A stretch of 64,000 nucleotides of DNA from an archaeon (GTDB lineage Archaea; Nanobdellota; Nanobdellia; Pacearchaeales; DTIR01): positions 220,986 to 284,985 of the forward strand of contig JAZDNM010000003.1 in the NCBI GenBank assembly GCA_043799715.1, given 5' to 3'. The first letter of the stretch is position 1. Each line of letters begins with the position of its first letter. Position numbers and translations under genes: made by a program. The notes under the pieces are model-generated. The model was not told the DNA's origin. It did no database searches and saw nothing but the letters and a program-made list of their open reading frames with translations. This document shows, in pieces, positions 28,097 through 37,346 of the stretch.

Positions 28097-29571
28097 TTTA
28101 TCCCCCTTAACCAGTCAATATCCTGGCTGAAAAGCTGCCTTATGTCATTTATGTTTAAGTTGAACATTGCCAGCCTGTCAATGCCAAGCCCCCAGGCAAG
28201 AACTGTAATATCTTTTCCTGTCAGGGACTTTACAACTTCCCTTCTTAAAATGCCTGCCCCGCCCAGCTCAATCCAGCCGAGCTTCTCGTGCTTTGCGTGC
28301 AGCTCAACAGAGGGCTCAGTGAACGGGAAATAATGCGGGACAAATTTTATTTCAGTTGCATTTGCAATCTCTTTTGCAAAAAGCTCAAGAACATGAAAGA
28401 GATTTCTTAATGTGAGATTTTCCTGCACTATTATCCCTTCAACCTGGTTGAATTCAGGCAGATGGCTCGCATCAACAACATCTGGGCGGTAGCATCTTGC
28501 TATTGCAAAATACTTTCCGGGAATTTTTGCCTCTGGAAGCTGCCTTGCTGAAAGCACAGTTCCCTGCGGCCTTAATATGGATTTAAGCGCATTTTCAATC
28601 TTCCACTCATATCTCCATGATGACTCGTGCTGTGCCTTCACTGCTGAAATAATTTTTTTGTCTATCTGCTCTGGCTTGAGCTTGTTTTTTACATAATATG
28701 TGCTGCTCCATTCCCTCGCCGGATGAAACTGCGGCTGGAAAAGCGCATCATAATTCCAGAACTCATTTTCAACCAAGCTGCCGTGCATCTCCTCAAATCC
28801 CATTGCCACAAGCTTGTCTCTTACATTATTGAGGAAAGAGTAATATGGCTGCCTTCTGCCTCCGTATATCCTTGGGACTCTGCTTACAATATCATATTTC
28901 CTGAATTTCTTGCCCTTCCATGTGCCTTTTCTGAGCATTTCGGGAGTCAGCTGCTCGACAAATGCGCTGCCCAGCGGCTCACTGATTATTTTCCTGCCTG
29001 CTTCTGTAATCTTGAATGAAACTGCCCTCTGTTCCTCTATTCTTGCAATATCCTTCCTGTTTTTCAGCTGTTCATAGCAATACTTCTGCTCTGCTGTCAT
29101 GGAATCCGCTTCCAATGGCATCTGCCCGAGAAAAACCTCTTCAGGCATTCTTCTTGAAACATTTTCTTTTGTGCCCTGCAGCAGCATTCTTCTATTCTCA
29201 ACATTTAGCAGTGCTTTTTTCTTTAATGCGCCCAAGGCTGCCTTGAACTCATTTTCGCTCAAGCCTGATTTTTTTCTCGCATCGTCAAGCGTGAATGATA
29301 CTGTTTCAGAAAAGACATTAAGCAATTTTCTCTCAGGAAGCCCCTCTTTCAGATAGATTATTCCGTTTGAGCCGAGAATTACATTCTTCTTGTTATGATA
29401 AGAAATCTCAACAATTTTCTTGTTGCTCAGAAATTCCAATGCCCTTAAAACAGTTGTCATGTCTGTTTTGGATTTTTCCGCAAGCTCTTCTGCGCTTTTG
29501 CATTCAAGAAAAGGCAGAATCTTCCTTTCTATAGGGCTTAAGCTGCTTACTATGCTTTCGTGCTGGCTCAT
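28093..29571 (-). CDS. pheS: Phenylalanyl-tRNA synthetase alpha subunit (archaeal type)
   Basis: 492 aa. Class II motifs include FNQVEGIIV and GAGILRREV. The N-terminal winged-helix region is typical of archaeal PheS. Confidence 0.85.
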   Translation of the reverse strand: MSQHESIVSSLSPIERKILPFLECKSAEELAEKSKTDMTTVLRALEFLSNKKIVEISYHNKKNVILGSNGIIYLKEGLPERKLLNVFSETVSFTLDDARKKSGLSENEFKAALGALKKKALLNVENRRMLLQGTKENVSRRMPEEVFLGQMPLEADSMTAEQKYCYEQLKNRKDIARIEEQRAVSFKITEAGRKIISEPLGSAFVEQLTPEMLRKGTWKGKKFRKYDIVSRVPRIYGGRRQPYYSFLNNVRDKLVAMGFEEMHGSLVENEFWNYDALFQPQFHPAREWSSTYYVKNKLKPEQIDKKIISAVKAQHESSWRYEWKIENALKSILRPQGTVLSARQLPEAKIPGKYFAIARCYRPDVVDASHLPEFNQVEGIIVQENLTLRNLFHVLELFAKEIANATEIKFVPHYFPFTEPSVELHAKHEKLGWIELGGAGILRREVVKSLTGKDITVLAWGLGIDRLAMFNLNINDIRQLFSQDIDWLRGIK

Positions 29572-29629
29572 GCGACAGAAAAAGAAGAAGGATTTTAAAA
29601 ACCTTTCCTGAGAATTTTTAAGAAGAAAT

Positions 29630-30049
29630 TCAATAACTGCCTTTCATTCCTTCTCTAAAATGAGAAACTTCTGATTGGGAATGCGCTGAATGTGGAGTGT
29701 ACTTCCTTTCGATATTCTGCAGTTTCTTTCTGCGTTCAGATGCCTCGCCGTCTTCAGCATCAAGATGTTCATAATGCTCCATCAGAATTGATGCATCATG
29801 AATCCAATGAGTCCCTGACAGATTGTATGCCCCTGAGCATATTCCCTCAAGAAACTCGAGAACTTCATCAGTGGCATCATGTGCATAGCCGTAATGCCTG
29901 ATTGCAGGAATAGATTCAATAAAAACCTCTTTTTTGTCCTGCTCAATCTCTGCCTTTCTGACTTTTAAAGAAGCCTGATTGATTATATCCTCGAGATATC
30001 GCTTGTTTGTGGATGCCTTGAGCATTTCTTTCATATTATCCTTATTCAT
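29630..30049 (-). CDS. Hypothetical protein (139 aa), His-rich
   Basis: ORF. 4-nt overlap with the next gene. Confidence 0.4.
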   Translation of the reverse strand: MNKDNMKEMLKASTNKRYLEDIINQASLKVRKAEIEQDKKEVFIESIPAIRHYGYAHDATDEVLEFLEGICSGAYNLSGTHWIHDASILMEHYEHLDAEDGEASERRKKLQNIERKYTPHSAHSQSEVSHFREGMKGSY

Positions 30050-30270
30050 TTTAGATATTTCCCAAAATAGTCATAAAGATTGCTCATAAGCCCCAATGCA
30101 AGGGGGATATTGCCAATATTTGCATATTCCATAACTGAATTAAGAGTTCCGTTTATAACAGCGAGTGTTTCTCCAGGCAGATTAGGCCTATTCTCTTTAA
30201 GTTTCTTGTCTGCCTGTTTAATCATGCCTTCAAGCTGCCTGTAGCTTCTTTTTAATTGGTTCATTTTCAA
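30046..30270 (-). CDS. Hypothetical small protein (74 aa)
   Basis: ORF in an overlapping chain. Confidence 0.35.
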   Translation of the reverse strand: MKMNQLKRSYRQLEGMIKQADKKLKENRPNLPGETLAVINGTLNSVMEYANIGNIPLALGLMSNLYDYFGKYLK

Positions 30271-30272
30271 GT

Positions 30273-30503
30273 TTAATTTTCATTGAATATGAATGATTCA
30301 AGCAGTGACGGAAGCTCTGGCTCATAACCGGGCTGTTTTTCAAATTTCCTGTAATTATCGATTACTATCCTTGCCTTGTCAAGATTGCGGTTTAGCAATT
30401 CCGGATTTTTCATCCAGATATCGAACAATTCCCGTGCTTCGCTTCTTGCTACGTTCATATAGGATGTTTCGGTATTTGTGCTCATTTTATTTTTCTCCCC
30501 CAA
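30273..30503 (-). CDS. Hypothetical small protein (76 aa)
   Basis: ORF in an overlapping chain, downstream of the TrmB-like regulator. Confidence 0.35.
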   Translation of the reverse strand: MGEKNKMSTNTETSYMNVARSEARELFDIWMKNPELLNRNLDKARIVIDNYRKFEKQPGYEPELPSLLESFIFNEN

Positions 30504-31289
30504 TTATGGCTTCTGCCATGCCATGTCAAACAACGATTTCAATGCAGCAGCAAAAAACTCCGAGTTTATCCATATGCCCAAGTCCTCTTCCTTCTCATCT
30601 GCCTTGTCTGTAAGCATGAACATTATTGACTTCCCGTCAATTATGCAGAACCTTGCATTCAGGCTCATGTTCCTGACTTCTGTGCCCAATTCCTTTGAAA
30701 GCTGCTTTGTTTTCTCTGCATCAGCATTTGCCGCTATCTTTATCTTTATGCCGTGCTTTGCAAGTTTTGTGCATATCGGCTTAAGCACTTTCATTTCATC
30801 CTGCAGGGACTTATCTGTTGTTACGAGAATGATTTCTTCTTTTGCATTTTCAAGCATCTCAGCAAGCTGGGAGTATATATTGCTCCTGCCTTTTAATGCT
30901 CCTGACAAATCTGTTGACTTCACAGGAGTAATGCCCTGCTTGTGCAGAACCTCAAGCTCATCATATTCAGAAGTGCCCTTTAGGTTTGAAAGTGTCTTTG
31001 CCCTTTCCTCTGCCTCGGTCATTGTGTTTCTCTTGAGTTTTTCAAGGACTGTATCGGGCTTCACAGCAATATACTTGACTGGCTTTCCGATTTTCTCTAT
31101 TGCAAAGCCCTGCTTTTCCAGGCTTTCGAGAACATCATATGTCCTGCTTCTTGGAACTCCTGACATTTCTGCAATCTCGCCTGCTGAACTGACTCCTTTT
31201 GCAAGCAGTGCAAGCCATACCTTTGCCTCATAAATGTTCAAGCCGAAGCTGCTTCTTATTTTCTTTAGAAGTTCTGGTTTTAGTATCAT
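30504..31289 (-). CDS. TrmB-family transcriptional regulator
   Basis: N-terminal wHTH LNIYEAKVWLALLAKGVSSAGEIAEMSGVPRSRTYDVLESLEKQG. Confidence 0.7.
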   Translation of the reverse strand: MILKPELLKKIRSSFGLNIYEAKVWLALLAKGVSSAGEIAEMSGVPRSRTYDVLESLEKQGFAIEKIGKPVKYIAVKPDTVLEKLKRNTMTEAEERAKTLSNLKGTSEYDELEVLHKQGITPVKSTDLSGALKGRSNIYSQLAEMLENAKEEIILVTTDKSLQDEMKVLKPICTKLAKHGIKIKIAANADAEKTKQLSKELGTEVRNMSLNARFCIIDGKSIMFMLTDKADEKEEDLGIWINSEFFAAALKSLFDMAWQKP

Positions 31290-31606
31290 TTTATTTCTCC
31301 GCTATTCTTATACTCTATTTTCAAATCATATTCTTTAAGTTGAAGATTTCCTTTCTCATCCCTTAAAAGCAGGTAATTTTCTTTCTTTTCCTTGTCAAAT
31401 AAGATTGTTTCTTCCTGTCTGTTAGAATCCAAATCTTTAACCTTGAATTCCAAATTTTGAGGATTAGCATATTTTAAATTTTTGTTCCCAGGGTGCAGGG
31501 GAGTGCCATTGTTAACCTTAGAATACCAGTAAATCCCGTTCATCAGGATTAAACCTATAACCAGAATATCTCTTGTGTCAATTACCCCGTTATTATTCTT
31601 TATCAT
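31286..31606 (-). CDS. Hypothetical membrane-anchored protein
   Basis: Internal start MIKNNNGVID was chosen to avoid overlap with the upstream ORF. One TM helix. Confidence 0.35.
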   Translation of the reverse strand: MIKNNNGVIDTRDILVIGLILMNGIYWYSKVNNGTPLHPGNKNLKYANPQNLEFKVKDLDSNRQEETILFDKEKKENYLLLRDEKGNLQLKEYDLKIEYKNSGEIK

Positions 31607-31607
31607 T

Positions 31608-31862
31608 TTATTTCTCCTTTGATATGTTTTTGTCGCATTCTGTATAGCAGAAATGAATGCTGTCAATTTTGTCATTGCCAACAAAACCGTATGTCTGCAA
31701 TTTTATGTATTCTTTCTTGAGCTCCAGCTGCTTTTTTTCAAGCTCTGCTTTCTTTTTTGAATCCTCTTCCAATACAGGCAGGAGCCATGAGCTCTCTTCC
31801 TGCAGTTTTGTGCATTCTGTGCATATTTTTTCAAGATTATTTTTTATATCCTGCTCATTCAT
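31608..31862 (-). CDS. Hypothetical coiled-coil small protein
   Basis: Internal start MNEQDIKNNLEK. Contains CTEC and CYTEC Cys pairs. Confidence 0.3.
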   Translation of the reverse strand: MNEQDIKNNLEKICTECTKLQEESSWLLPVLEEDSKKKAELEKKQLELKKEYIKLQTYGFVGNDKIDSIHFCYTECDKNISKEK

Positions 31863-32385
31863 TTTTTGTTTCTCCTTGTTCTTTACCATAAATTTCAGTG
31901 CCGCATGTCTTGCAAATCTGCCCTGCTCCCTCGACATAATTTTCCCTCTCATCTACATGGGTGCTTTTTTTGTAAGGGGTAAGTGAACCGCAGTTGACAC
32001 ATTGGTCATATTCCTTTATTTCCTTGTTGAATCTTGCTATGGAATATGGCTTGCCTTTTGCTTCAAGCATAAGCATATCTTTGTCGTTGTGTCCGTCAAG
32101 AATTGTTATATAGATTGCATTTTTCTCGCCAACTATGGCTCTTGAAAGCTGGTATCCTGGCATGGGGAATACAGAATCCCCGCTGTCCTTTATGCTGTCT
32201 GAAATCCTGCTAAGAATAATTTCTGAATTGATTAGGTTTTCAACGCTGTATTTTCCCACAGGGACGGGCGCTGAGATAATAGCATCCTTGACGCCTTCAA
32301 AGCATACTGCCTCAAGCAGCTTTTTTCCGTTAAATCCTATTGTGTGCATTTTGCTCCTAAATTTGTTATTATTTAGCAGTGACAT
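31855..32385 (-). CDS. Hypothetical protein with a C-terminal zinc ribbon (CVNCG ... CKTCG)
   Basis: 176 aa. Possibly a Mut7-C/PIN-like domain plus zinc ribbon, but this is not verified. Confidence 0.45.
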   Translation of the reverse strand: MSLLNNNKFRSKMHTIGFNGKKLLEAVCFEGVKDAIISAPVPVGKYSVENLINSEIILSRISDSIKDSGDSVFPMPGYQLSRAIVGEKNAIYITILDGHNDKDMLMLEAKGKPYSIARFNKEIKEYDQCVNCGSLTPYKKSTHVDERENYVEGAGQICKTCGTEIYGKEQGETKNE

Positions 32386-32463
32386 TCATTTATAAATCTT
32401 TTGGTTATGTAGTCCTAAACAGTGGTAACTAATCCTCAAAAATCCCAATTAAGAAAACTCTGG

Positions 32464-33579
32464 TTATTCTTTCATGATAAACTTGGAAATCTGCTTTCTT
32501 GCCTCTTCTCTTTTTTTCTGATGAGATTTTAAAAACTTGTTTATTGACTCGGCAAGCTTCATTTTGCACTCCCCGCAGGATGTCTGCCCTGTTTTGCATG
32601 CATGGAATTTTTCCTGCATTTTCTTGTCATCCTGCTCAAAGAAATATAGCATATAGTGGTAAATAGTGCATTTCTCAGGCATTCCGCCAAGTTTCTTCTG
32701 CTTTTCTATTGTCTCCCTGCCTCCTGTAAAAGCCCTTCTGACTTTTTCTATAACTTCTTTTTCTGTATCAGTTGTGAATATTGCTGTTTCTGGCTGTGAT
32801 GCTGACATTTTTCCTGATTCGCCCAATCCAGGGGCAAACTTGCAGTGCAGCAGCGCTGGCTTGCTGAAGCCAAGCTTTGGAGCAATGTCCCTTGTTATCC
32901 TGAAATGAGGGTCCTGGTCTATTCCTAATGGTATAAGGCACGGCTTGTTCTCAAGAAAGCACGGAGCTGACTGCATGCTTGTAAAAAAACTCATGCCGAC
33001 ATTTGTCGAATTGTTAAACCCAAACACTGCCTTGACTGTTGAGAATGTAATCTTCTTTGCAATTTTCAAGGCAAGGGGATAGAGCTTTTTTATGTTCTCT
33101 GTGTCAATGATTATTTTTGTAAGCTCTGGCTTGAAGCCAAGGGCAATGACATCAAGTGCATTCTCATACGCGAACTTTTTTGTCTCTTCAAGCGTCAGTT
33201 TCTGGCTTGTGAGGAACTTCTCGTCATCAGTCATCTGGAAATACAGCTTTGCCTTGAACTTGTCCTGAAGCCATTTTGCCAGCATCCACGGCATCAGATG
33301 CCCGAGATGGACATTCCCTGAAGGCCCCCTGCCCGTGTACATGAAAAACTTGTTACCTTTTTCATATTCAGAAAGAAGCCAGGACATATCCCTGTGCGAG
33401 AAAAAAATCTTTCTTCTCAGCAAGTAATGCAGCTCTCCTGTATGCTTTTTTATTCTTGCGAGAATATCGTCTGTAAGGCGCTCTGTGCCGAATTCCTCTA
33501 TGAGCTTTGCATAGTCCTCTTCCTCTATGTTCCCCTCAATTTTCCACGGCGTTACAATAAACTTCTTTTCCTTCTGCAT
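32464..33579 (-). CDS. trpS: Tryptophanyl-tRNA synthetase (archaeal/eukaryotic type)
   Basis: VTPWKIEG near the N-terminus. HIGH-type GNVHLGHL and KMSAS motifs. 371 aa. Confidence 0.85.
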   Translation of the reverse strand: MQKEKKFIVTPWKIEGNIEEEDYAKLIEEFGTERLTDDILARIKKHTGELHYLLRRKIFFSHRDMSWLLSEYEKGNKFFMYTGRGPSGNVHLGHLMPWMLAKWLQDKFKAKLYFQMTDDEKFLTSQKLTLEETKKFAYENALDVIALGFKPELTKIIIDTENIKKLYPLALKIAKKITFSTVKAVFGFNNSTNVGMSFFTSMQSAPCFLENKPCLIPLGIDQDPHFRITRDIAPKLGFSKPALLHCKFAPGLGESGKMSASQPETAIFTTDTEKEVIEKVRRAFTGGRETIEKQKKLGGMPEKCTIYHYMLYFFEQDDKKMQEKFHACKTGQTSCGECKMKLAESINKFLKSHQKKREEARKQISKFIMKE

Positions 33580-33666
33580 TTTTGCTCTTGTTTTACCTCT
33601 TCGAAAAGCCGAAAAACTTTATAAAGGTTTTTATCCAATCTAGTAGAAAGAAGTGAGAAAAAACCA

Positions 33667-34614
33667 ATGAAGCATAACCTCAAGATAACAGCATTGCTGC
33701 TTGCAATGTTTCTTTTTACGCAGCTTCTCGGGCTTGCTGTTATAAACGCATATTCCCCAAGAATTGAGAAGGTATTTGTCAATGGAACTGTCCAGAATGT
33801 AACTGTCCAGACAGAAATTCCTTATGGAATGCAGCCGCCTGAAATGCAGCCATGGGAGGCATTGCAGTCAATAGGGGTAAGCATAATTCTGGCGGTGATT
33901 ATCATGTTCTTCCTTATGAAGAAAAGAGCTGATTTATTACTGAGAGTCTGGCTTTTCTCTGTTGTTGTTATTTCCATAGCCATAGCATTTAATGCTGGCT
34001 TCATGAAGCTGAGTTTCCTTTCAGGAACGCAGATGCTCGCTTTTGTCCTTGCTTTTCCTCTTGCATTTTACAAGATATTCCAGAGAAACATAATAATCCA
34101 CAATGCAACTGAGCTCCTAATTTATCCGGGAATTGCTGTTATCTTTGTGCCGATACTCAATGTGTGGGCAGCAGCAGCGCTTCTTGCCCTTATAGCGGTA
34201 TATGATGTTTATGCTGTATGGCATTCAGGGTTCATGCAGAAGCTTGCAAAATTCCAGATGAATCAGCTCAAGGTTTTCACTGGATTTTTTGTGCCTTATG
34301 TTGCGAAAAAAGACAGGATAATAATAGAAAGAATGAAGTCCCTGCCCCAGAAAGAAAAGATGCAAAAGTTCAAAAAACTCAAGATAAAAGTAAATCTTGC
34401 GATTCTTGGGGGAGGGGACATAACCTTTCCTTTAATATTCGCAGGGGTTATATTGAGAACAAGCGGGTTATTGCATGCAATAATTGTGCCCCTTGCCGCA
34501 ACCCTCGCTCTGCTTCTTTTGTTTGCTGTTGCGAAGAAAGGCAAGTTTTATCCTGCAATGCTTTTTTTAAGCCCGGCATGCATTCTCGCTTGGCTGATTG
34601 GGATGCTGTTTTAG
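33667..34614 (+). CDS. Presenilin/signal-peptide-peptidase-like intramembrane aspartyl protease homologue
   Basis: Polytopic membrane protein. YD motif (IAVYDVYAVW), GxGD motif (LAILGGGDITFP) and a PAL-like YPAML near the C-terminus. Confidence 0.6.
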   Translation: MKHNLKITALLLAMFLFTQLLGLAVINAYSPRIEKVFVNGTVQNVTVQTEIPYGMQPPEMQPWEALQSIGVSIILAVIIMFFLMKKRADLLLRVWLFSVVVISIAIAFNAGFMKLSFLSGTQMLAFVLAFPLAFYKIFQRNIIIHNATELLIYPGIAVIFVPILNVWAAAALLALIAVYDVYAVWHSGFMQKLAKFQMNQLKVFTGFFVPYVAKKDRIIIERMKSLPQKEKMQKFKKLKIKVNLAILGGGDITFPLIFAGVILRTSGLLHAIIVPLAATLALLLLFAVAKKGKFYPAMLFLSPACILAWLIGMLF

Positions 34615-34618
34615 ATTT

Positions 34619-35089
34619 TTAATATAAAATTCCTATAAGAATTGAGCTGATTTGCTCAAATCGGATTTTTCCGTCTGGTGAGGCTGAATTGTCGCCTTTT
34701 GTTATGGCGTACCATCCCCTGCTGTCCTCTCCTGTTTCAATCACTCTATGAACAACAAGAACGCTGCCCTGCTCAAATGTGATTATGTCTCCTTTATGGA
34801 CTTGTTCTGGATGGCTTGGAGCAATCTCTATGCCTGTTGAATTTTCGTTTATCACAGGCACCATGCTGCTTGTGTTTGCGAATCTCCCTATTATTGCGTT
34901 TTCTATGCTGAGGATAATCTGGCTGCTGCTTATTCTGATGCTGCTCTCATTTATCCTGTCATAAGGCGCAGAAGTGATGTTATCAATGCCTGTTCCAAGT
35001 GTGGCAAAAGGATTTCTGAATGGCAGGAAATAAAAAACTGAGATTATCGCTGCCGCGACTGCAAGAATAAATAACACCCTTGGCTGCAT
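34619..35089 (-). CDS. Signal peptidase I (archaeal Sec11-type)
   Basis: Start MQPRVLFILAVAAAIISVF is an internal ATG of ORF 34619..35347. Motifs SSMVPV (catalytic Ser region), GDIITF and KGDNSASPD. Confidence 0.6.
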   Translation of the reverse strand: MQPRVLFILAVAAAIISVFYFLPFRNPFATLGTGIDNITSAPYDRINESSIRISSSQIILSIENAIIGRFANTSSMVPVINENSTGIEIAPSHPEQVHKGDIITFEQGSVLVVHRVIETGEDSRGWYAITKGDNSASPDGKIRFEQISSILIGILY

Positions 35090-35246
35090 TTTCCTCTTTT
35101 GATGCAATTCCAGAGTGGCTTCAACTTTAAAAATATTTATATTCACAGGAAAGAATGTTTCACTTGTTATTCCCTTAGGCAACTTATTTAAACTTTTAAT
35201 TATAGATAATCCAATGCCACAAAAGCTGTCTGCAGGAAGAAATGCC

Positions 35247-37322
35247 ATGGCATATGAACTGCTGGTTCTGGTTGGGGGAGTGCTGGTTCTGCTTCTTTTT
35301 TTAATGTATTTCAAAACAGAGACAACAGGGCATGTTGTTGTTTCCAAGATTTCAGGGCAGTACTATGCCTTGCAGGTTATAAGCGGAATAATTGATTTGG
35401 ATATTGAGGAGGGGGAATTCCTGCCTGCGCAGTCTGTTCTGAAGGCAGGGGTAGCGGGTAATGAGAACAGTTTTACATTGGAGCAATTGATGATATCATC
35501 AGGGGCAGGCATTGAGAAGAAACAGGGAAATTTTTCTGTTAATGATGTTGATATAACAGGGCAGGGTGAGGGCTATGGGATTGCAGGCGGGGCGACAATT
35601 TCATTAAATTTGTCTGACTTCAATCTGCAAGTTGAAGAGGCAGGCAAGTATAATCTGATTATATCTCTTGAATACAACGAAATAGTGCTCTTAACTGAAC
35701 AAAAGAAGATAAATGTCAAGTCATGTTCTCCTGATTGGAAACAGCACAACACAAGCTGCATGGAAAATGATGCCATAACAGGTTATTACAGGGACAGAAA
35801 AGAATGCTATGAGAAAACAGGAAAAGATTCCTATCTTCTTGAAAAGCCTGAGAATATCACTTTTTCATGCGATTACTGCACGCCGAACTGGAAGCCAAAA
35901 AATGAGTCGTGCACTGAAAATGAGACAAGAACTGTTTATTATGCTGACTCAAGAAAATGCTATGAGAAAACAGGGCTGATGTCTGACTTGGCTGGAATGC
36001 CTGAAAATGAAACAGCAGATTGTGATTTTTGCAGGCAGAATATAACCCAATATGCCACTTCCTGCGATGTTAACGACAGCTTCACTGTTTATTACAGGGA
36101 TGCAAAAAGATGCTATGAGAAAACAGGGCTGGAAGAGGATAAAGTGCCAGAAAATGAGACAATGGCTTGCGATTACTGCACGCCGAACTGGGTTGCTGTG
36201 AATACATCATGCTTGTCTGGAGATAAAATTGTTGAATGGTACAATGATTCTGAAGGATGCTTTGGCAAAACTCACTTAAGCTCTGAACTGCTTGGAAGGG
36301 CTGATAACAGAACATATTATTTTGCATGCTCTTATTACAATAATAATCTTATAGGGGATATTTCTGACATCAGCACAAGCATAGAAAATTTGAGCATGAC
36401 TCTTTCAAGCTCTGCTGACCTGACTCAGCCGCTCAGGGACTTGCTTCCTGTTTCAATAAAGGAAAACGGCTCTGAACTGCTTGAGTTCAATTTTAATTTT
36501 TCTGCAGGAGAGCTTAATCTTGCGGATTTGACAATACAAAAGCAGGATGAGAATGCAACTCTGGGATTTATTGCTGTCAACGGCATTGATATTGCCGCGC
36601 AGAATGAAACAAAAACAGTATGGGTTGACAGGATTGGCAGCGGGGCAGGCATATGCATAAAAGATGAGGAGAATGCGAATGCTATGGATATTACTGCGGC
36701 ATGCAGCGCAACAAATGAGATTTTTGTAAAATGCCCTGGCTCTTTTGCAGGATATGCCTGCGAGTTTGATGCTGTGATGAAAAAATACAAAGTTTCTGAC
36801 TTGAGGCATTCAGCTGTTATTGAGCAGGAAGCGTTCTGCGGGGATTCTGCCTGCAATGGCGCTGAATCATGCAGTTCCTGTTCAACTGACTGCGGCGAAT
36901 GCCCTGCAGCTGCTGCTGAAACATCTGCGCAGTCCTCTGGCGGGGGGGGCAGCGGAGGAAGCTGCACGCCAAAATGGGAGTGCTCTGAATGGAATGTTTG
37001 TTCAAATGGAAAGCAGACAAGAACATGCACAAATCTGAAATCTTACTGCCCTGTGAGCAAGCCTGCAGAGCAGCAGGATTGTGAAATGCCGTCTGTTCCT
37101 GAAACAGAAAATAAAGAGATAAAAGAAACTGCCAGTAATGAAACAGTATCAAAACAATATGAAAAGATTCAGCCAAAACTCGGAATGCTTGGTGGAGTAA
37201 TAGGAGTTGTCACTGCAATGCCTTTTGAATTTAGGATAGGAATAGCCGCGACACTTCTTTCATTTGTGCTTGTGCTGATAACGCTAATAGCTTTCCTTGC
37301 AATTATCAGAAAAAAGAAATAA
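35247..37322 (+). CDS. Surface protein with four tandem Cys modules, a Gly-rich linker, Cys/Trp module and C-terminal TM anchor
   Basis: Start MAYELLVLVGGVLVLLLFLMYF. Four repeats of the form Y(Y/R)xDxK(E/K/R)CYEKTG ... PENxT ... CD(Y/F)C. The C-terminus reads SSGGGGSGGSCTPKWECSEWNVCSNGKQTRTC, then the TM helix AATLLSFVLVLITLIAFLAII and RKKK. Confidence 0.65.
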   Translation: MAYELLVLVGGVLVLLLFLMYFKTETTGHVVVSKISGQYYALQVISGIIDLDIEEGEFLPAQSVLKAGVAGNENSFTLEQLMISSGAGIEKKQGNFSVNDVDITGQGEGYGIAGGATISLNLSDFNLQVEEAGKYNLIISLEYNEIVLLTEQKKINVKSCSPDWKQHNTSCMENDAITGYYRDRKECYEKTGKDSYLLEKPENITFSCDYCTPNWKPKNESCTENETRTVYYADSRKCYEKTGLMSDLAGMPENETADCDFCRQNITQYATSCDVNDSFTVYYRDAKRCYEKTGLEEDKVPENETMACDYCTPNWVAVNTSCLSGDKIVEWYNDSEGCFGKTHLSSELLGRADNRTYYFACSYYNNNLIGDISDISTSIENLSMTLSSSADLTQPLRDLLPVSIKENGSELLEFNFNFSAGELNLADLTIQKQDENATLGFIAVNGIDIAAQNETKTVWVDRIGSGAGICIKDEENANAMDITAACSATNEIFVKCPGSFAGYACEFDAVMKKYKVSDLRHSAVIEQEAFCGDSACNGAESCSSCSTDCGECPAAAAETSAQSSGGGGSGGSCTPKWECSEWNVCSNGKQTRTCTNLKSYCPVSKPAEQQDCEMPSVPETENKEIKETASNETVSKQYEKIQPKLGMLGGVIGVVTAMPFEFRIGIAATLLSFVLVLITLIAFLAIIRKKK
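35740..36260 (+). repeat. Intragenic tandem repeats (atgctatgagaaaacagg x3; tgcgattactgcacgccgaactgg x2)
   Basis: Direct DNA repeats seen at ~35806, 35959 and 36110 and at 35871 and 36170. They encode the CYEKTG and CDYCTPNW modules. Confidence 0.8.
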
Positions 37323-37346
37323 AAATAATTAAATTTCAAATTTTGA

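Noticed and set aside
36425-37176. Minus-strand ORFs of 201, 118 and 119 aa
   Set aside because: They lie inside the plus-strand repeat surface-protein gene, which has coherent domain and repeat structure. They are antisense artefacts.
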